A stretch of 64,000 nt of DNA from an uncultured Bacteroidales bacterium (GTDB taxonomy: Bacteria > Bacteroidota > Bacteroidia > Bacteroidales > VadinHA17): assembly GCA_963757935.1 (NCBI GenBank), contig CAVWSZ010000008.1, positions 119,889 to 183,888 of the forward strand. The letters run 5' to 3'. Made by a program: the position numbers and the translations under genes. Under the pieces are notes generated by a model. The model saw nothing but the letters and a program-made list of their open reading frames with translations, searched no databases and was not told where the DNA came from. Every line of letters begins with the position of its first letter. Positions within the stretch are counted from its first letter, which is position 1. Below are positions 60,796 through 64,000 of this stretch, piece by piece.

Positions 60796-61266
60796 ATGGC
60801 AGAAAACTTATTGATTGACAGTCTGGACAGGAAAATCTTGGACATAATAACCAAGAACGCGAGGATACCTTACCTTGAGGTGGCAAGGGACTGCAATGTT
60901 TCAGGAGCAGCGATACATCAGAGAGTTCAGAGATTAATACGGGTAGGTGTAATTAAGGGATCAGAGTTTAAGGTTGATCCGGTGATGGTCGGTTTCAAGA
61001 CATGTGCTTACATCGGGCTTTTTCTTGACAACCCCGGTAAGTACAAAGAGGTGATCAAAAAACTGAAGGATATCCCTGAAGTAATTGAATGTCATTATAC
61101 TACGGGTAATTATTCACTGTTTATAAAGGTCTATTCCCGGGATAATGAGCACCTGCGTGAGGTTCTTACCGAAAAGATTCAGACGATAACCGGTGTGGCC
61201 CGCACGGAGACACTGATTTCACTTGAAGAATCAATCAGCAGACAGATTCCGGTGCTTTCAAAATAA
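60796..61266 (+). CDS. Lrp/AsnC-family transcriptional regulator
   Basis: LDRKILDIITKNARIPYLEVARDCNVSGAAIHQRVQRL plus a RAM-like C-terminal domain. An alternative ATG lies at 60784. Confidence 0.9.
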   Translation: MAENLLIDSLDRKILDIITKNARIPYLEVARDCNVSGAAIHQRVQRLIRVGVIKGSEFKVDPVMVGFKTCAYIGLFLDNPGKYKEVIKKLKDIPEVIECHYTTGNYSLFIKVYSRDNEHLREVLTEKIQTITGVARTETLISLEESISRQIPVLSK

Positions 61267-61278
61267 AACAAAAACTAT

Positions 61279-61842
61279 ATGCGCAGCAATAGATTATTTT
61301 CTTTTGGTGCAGCCCTGTCCATGTTCCTGATCGCCTTAACAGCAGGATGCAGTCTTTTATCTACTAAGAATGATGACTGTGACGCAACAAAAATGATAAC
61401 TCCCCAGGAGCCATTACTTTACCTGCGCGTCCTGCTTAACCCGGAGACAATGAACACCTCTTTTGGTGATTATAGTCTGAAAAATGCAACAAGGCTGGAG
61501 ATTATCGGATCAATAGAAAAGGTTTATTGCAGCGGCAAGCTAAGCGGCAGGTTTACTTACAACCCTGCTTTTTTTCCCGTTGAACTTACGCCCGCCGAAT
61601 TATCAGCAGGACTATTCCTTCCGCAACCTTACCAGTATAAGTTTGATAATGATAACGATAAGCTTATCGTTATCCTCACTCTCAAAGCCTGGTTCAGTGA
61701 CGGCAAGATCTTTGAGCCCGACACTTTTTCAGAAGATTTTTTCTACAAAGACCTCAAATATGAGGTAAACATGAGCAGAAATTATTTTATGCTGGATTAT
61801 TCAAAAGAATCCTTTAGCTGGAAACAGGTGACTTCAAAATAG
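61279..61842 (+). CDS. Hypothetical lipoprotein
   Basis: Lipobox LTAGC after a hydrophobic leader. 187 aa with no named motif. Confidence 0.55.
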   Translation: MRSNRLFSFGAALSMFLIALTAGCSLLSTKNDDCDATKMITPQEPLLYLRVLLNPETMNTSFGDYSLKNATRLEIIGSIEKVYCSGKLSGRFTYNPAFFPVELTPAELSAGLFLPQPYQYKFDNDNDKLIVILTLKAWFSDGKIFEPDTFSEDFFYKDLKYEVNMSRNYFMLDYSKESFSWKQVTSK

Positions 61843-61913
61843 AAAAGAGTAACCTTATTTTGTTGAAAAGGAAGAGACTTATCGTTTCTTCTTTTTTTGA
61901 TACCTGCCCTCAG

Positions 61914-61968
61914 GCGGGTGCGATTTTTACAAATAGAAAAGGCAGCCATTGCGGCTGCCTTGTGATCC
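61914..61968 (-). repeat. Copy A of the tRNA-Lys downstream unit (terminator hairpin plus TGATCC)
   Basis: acaaatagaaaaggcagccattgcggctgccttgtgatcc is identical to copies B and C over about 40 nt. Confidence 0.85.
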
Positions 61969-62006
61969 GAAGCGACCGTTAAGACCCGGCATGGTATGCC
62001 GGGATA

Positions 62007-62094
62007 GGGACTGTGCCGTGGGGGGAGATGGCATTTATGCAAATAGAAAAGGCAGCCATTGCGGCTGCCTTGTGATCCAGCTGGGGCTCGAACC
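62007..62094 (-). repeat. Copy B: downstream unit plus a duplicated 22-nt tRNA-Lys 3' end
   Basis: ...ggagatgg.atttatgcaaatagaaaaggcagccattgcggctgccttg + tgatccagctggggctcgaacc (62073..62094), then diverges. Confidence 0.85.
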
Positions 62095-62135
62095 GGGCGA
62101 GCGTAAAGAAATGCCCTGTGGGCAATTTTAGCGAG

Positions 62136-62203
62136 GGGACTGGGTTGTGCGGAGATGGGTTCGATTTATGCAAATAGAAAAGGCAGCCATTGCGGCTGCC
62201 TTG
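62136..62203 (-). repeat. Copy C: authentic tRNA-Lys downstream flank, including the intrinsic terminator at 62172..62202
   Basis: ggcagcc-attgc-ggctgcc hairpin followed, on the minus strand, by ttttctattt. Confidence 0.8.
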
Positions 62204-62276
62204 TGATCCAGCTGGGGCTCGAACCCAGGACCCCATCCTTAAAAGGGATGTGCTCTACCAGCTGAGCTACTGAATC
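62204..62276 (-). tRNA. tRNA-Lys (anticodon UUU)
   Basis: The reverse complement GATTCAGTAGCTCAGCTGGTAGAGCACATCCCTTTTAAGGATGGGGTCCTGGGTTCGAGCCCCAGCTGGATCA folds as a cloverleaf. The anticodon loop is CTTTTAA. Confidence 0.9.
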
Positions 62277-62425
62277 ATCCCTGATTTTTGCGAGTGCAAA
62301 TGTATGGTAAAAATATTTCTGAACAAAGAAAAAACTGACTTTTACAGAACAATGTTACAATTTTTTTTCCATCGCGACTACCGCCATTAATTGTAGCTAT
62401 ATTTATCGGTCCAGATCAGAACTGT

Positions 62426-63244
62426 ATGAATAATATTTTTAAAGACAAGGTCGTCATTGTCACCGGAGCATCAACCGGTATCGGGAACGCCATTGCAAGG
62501 GAGTTTGCACGGAACGGAAGCAGGGTAATGCTTGCAGCAAGGTCAGCCGAAAAGCTCCACAGCCTGGAATCTGAACTCAGGGAAATAGGTCTTGAAGCCT
62601 CATACTGCGTTACGGATGTTACCCGTGAGGAAGACTGCCGCCTCCTCGTTGAAACCACCGTGGCGAAATATGGCACTGTCCATATCCTCATAAATAATGC
62701 CGGAATATCAATGCGGGCACTGTTCAGCGATGTTGACCTGACTGTCCTTAAGAGACTGATGGATGTCAATTTCTGGGGTACCGTCTACTGTACCAAATAT
62801 GCTCTCCCTTATCTTTTGGAGAACAAAGGTTCTGTTGTGGGTGTTTCTTCGGTGGCAGGGTTTCACGGACTTCCGGGCCGCACAGGGTATTCAGCCTCAA
62901 AGTTTGCAATGCACGGATTCCTGGAGACAATACGCATTGAGAACCTGAAGGAGAAGCTACACGTAATGATAATTGCACCCGGATTCACTACCTCTGAAGT
63001 CAGGAAACATGCACTCACTGCCAACGGCACTGAACAGGGAACCTCACCCAGAGAGGAGGGCAGCATGATGACTCCCGAGCACGTGGCCCGATGGGTGCTG
63101 AAGGGAATTAGAAAGAAGAAGAGAAACAAGATACTCACATGGGAGGGACGGTTCACAGCTCTTTTGCAGAGAATAATACCGGATGTTGTAGATTATGCCT
63201 ATTACCTTGAGATGAAGAAAGAGCCGGAATCACCATTGAAGTAA
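62426..63244 (+). CDS. Short-chain dehydrogenase/reductase
   Basis: VTGASTGIGNAIA, NNAG, SSVAG...YSASKFA. Confidence 0.85.
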   Translation: MNNIFKDKVVIVTGASTGIGNAIAREFARNGSRVMLAARSAEKLHSLESELREIGLEASYCVTDVTREEDCRLLVETTVAKYGTVHILINNAGISMRALFSDVDLTVLKRLMDVNFWGTVYCTKYALPYLLENKGSVVGVSSVAGFHGLPGRTGYSASKFAMHGFLETIRIENLKEKLHVMIIAPGFTTSEVRKHALTANGTEQGTSPREEGSMMTPEHVARWVLKGIRKKKRNKILTWEGRFTALLQRIIPDVVDYAYYLEMKKEPESPLK

Positions 63245-63273
63245 CCGGCTGATTAATAATGAAGTAACCGCTG

Positions 63274-64000
63274 ATGCCAGATATTTCGGTACAGATACGC
63301 AACAAGCAAAGGCTTATAATAAAGTGCCTTCCCGCACCTGTGACCGATGCAGAAAAACAAGCTGTCGCTGAGGCCGTGGAGATCGCAGCTTCCACTTATT
63401 CACCGCAGGAAAAGCATTTTGACGAGCCGCTTGTAATGTATTATTGCGAACTGGCGCGTGTTGCCGCCTGCGAAATGGGCCTCGGTTCATCAGCCGTCAT
63501 CTGTGCTTTGCTCTCCGGTATCAGGGAAGGCACTGAAGGATGGAAGAAAGTTGAAACACTGAAAGACCCGGCGGTCAGGAATGTAATCAAGGGACTCTCG
63601 AGGGTTTCAGCCCTTCATGGGCGCGATTTCACCGGACAGGCAGAGAACTTCCGAAAGCTTCTCCTTACCCTTGCCGATGACGGCAGGGTAATTCTGATCA
63701 CCCTTGCAGAACGTCTGCTAATGATGCGCAACCTCGATAAACTACCTGAAAAAGAGAGATTACCGGTAGCATCTGAAGCCTACTTCCTTTATGCTCCGCT
63801 GGCCCATCGCCTCGGTTACTATAACGTGAAATCGGAGATGGAAGACCTTGCAATGAAACTGATGGAGCCTTCTGAATACGGCGAGATCGAAACATTGCTT
63901 CGCAGCACCACAAACTCAAGGAATAAACTTATCAGGGAATTTTCACTGCCACTTACTCAGAGGCTTGATTCACTGAAGATTAAGTATGAGATAAAGAGCC
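63274..64000 (+). CDS. RelA/SpoT-family (p)ppGpp synthetase, 5' partial that runs off the window, with a degenerate hydrolase (HD) motif
   Basis: The frame is open from the ATG at 63274 to the window end. DGRVILITLAERLLMMRNL, YAPLAHRLGYYNVKSEMEDLAM. The canonical HD/LLHD residues are replaced (YYCE..., LLSGIREGT). It is absent from the ORF track because it has no stop. Confidence 0.75.
   Translation, partial: MPDISVQIRNKQRLIIKCLPAPVTDAEKQAVAEAVEIAASTYSPQEKHFDEPLVMYYCELARVAACEMGLGSSAVICALLSGIREGTEGWKKVETLKDPAVRNVIKGLSRVSALHGRDFTGQAENFRKLLLTLADDGRVILITLAERLLMMRNLDKLPEKERLPVASEAYFLYAPLAHRLGYYNVKSEMEDLAMKLMEPSEYGEIETLLRSTTNSRNKLIREFSLPLTQRLDSLKIKYEIKS

Noticed and set aside
61914-62225. Three spaced repeats of about 40-90 nt considered as a mini-CRISPR array.
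   Set aside because: There are only three copies with irregular spacing (110 and 131 bp). The repeat is a tRNA terminator hairpin plus a tRNA 3' fragment. No cas genes are present.
61797-62236. ORF-track entries crossing the tRNA-Lys flank repeats (61797..62042, 61979..62236 and 61949..62131).
   Set aside because: They translate repeated terminator and tRNA sequence. Their repeated KAAAMAAFSI peptide simply mirrors the DNA repeat.

Overview
The window is a chromosomal segment from a Bacteroidota (Bacteroidales-like) genome. This call rests on TAnnTTTG -7 promoter boxes, an 11-subunit nuoABCDHIJKLMN complex I, a Bacteroidetes-type SecA N-terminus and a type-A RNase P RNA. By eye it is roughly half G+C. 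Content is mostly housekeeping: dnaX, secA, dapA, ligA, argS, ffh, folD, aroE, truA, the nuo operon, queA, rnpB, kdsA, rarA, a pta-ackA-ptb-ptb-buk fermentation operon, pyrK-pyrD, tRNA-Lys(UUU) and the start of a relA/spoT-family gene.

I see no CRISPR array, transposase, integrase, or recognisable defence or prophage module.

About 25 genes or gene segments are frame-broken, secA seven times. Every break is a net +1-nt insertion, so I read them as sequence or assembly errors rather than pseudogenes. Fragments are listed separately using ORF-track coordinates.

The candidates most worth a second look are:
- An AmmeMemoRadiSam locus (Memo-AMMECR1 fusion, polytopic spermidine-synthase-like membrane protein, radical SAM enzyme). 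Both soluble components carry export-type leaders.
- An A10 slippery run in dnaX placed exactly where tau/gamma switching occurs in other bacteria.
- An AT-rich 0.7-kb island with two clusters of TTACA-N2-TGTAA operators, phage-like 23/24-bp spacing, in front of an XRE regulator and pyrKD.
- Triplicated tRNA-Lys 3'-end/terminator units.
- One CTCARC hexamer microsatellite embedded in-frame in both dnaX and queA.

All calls come from reading the sequence and ORF translations. No searches were run.
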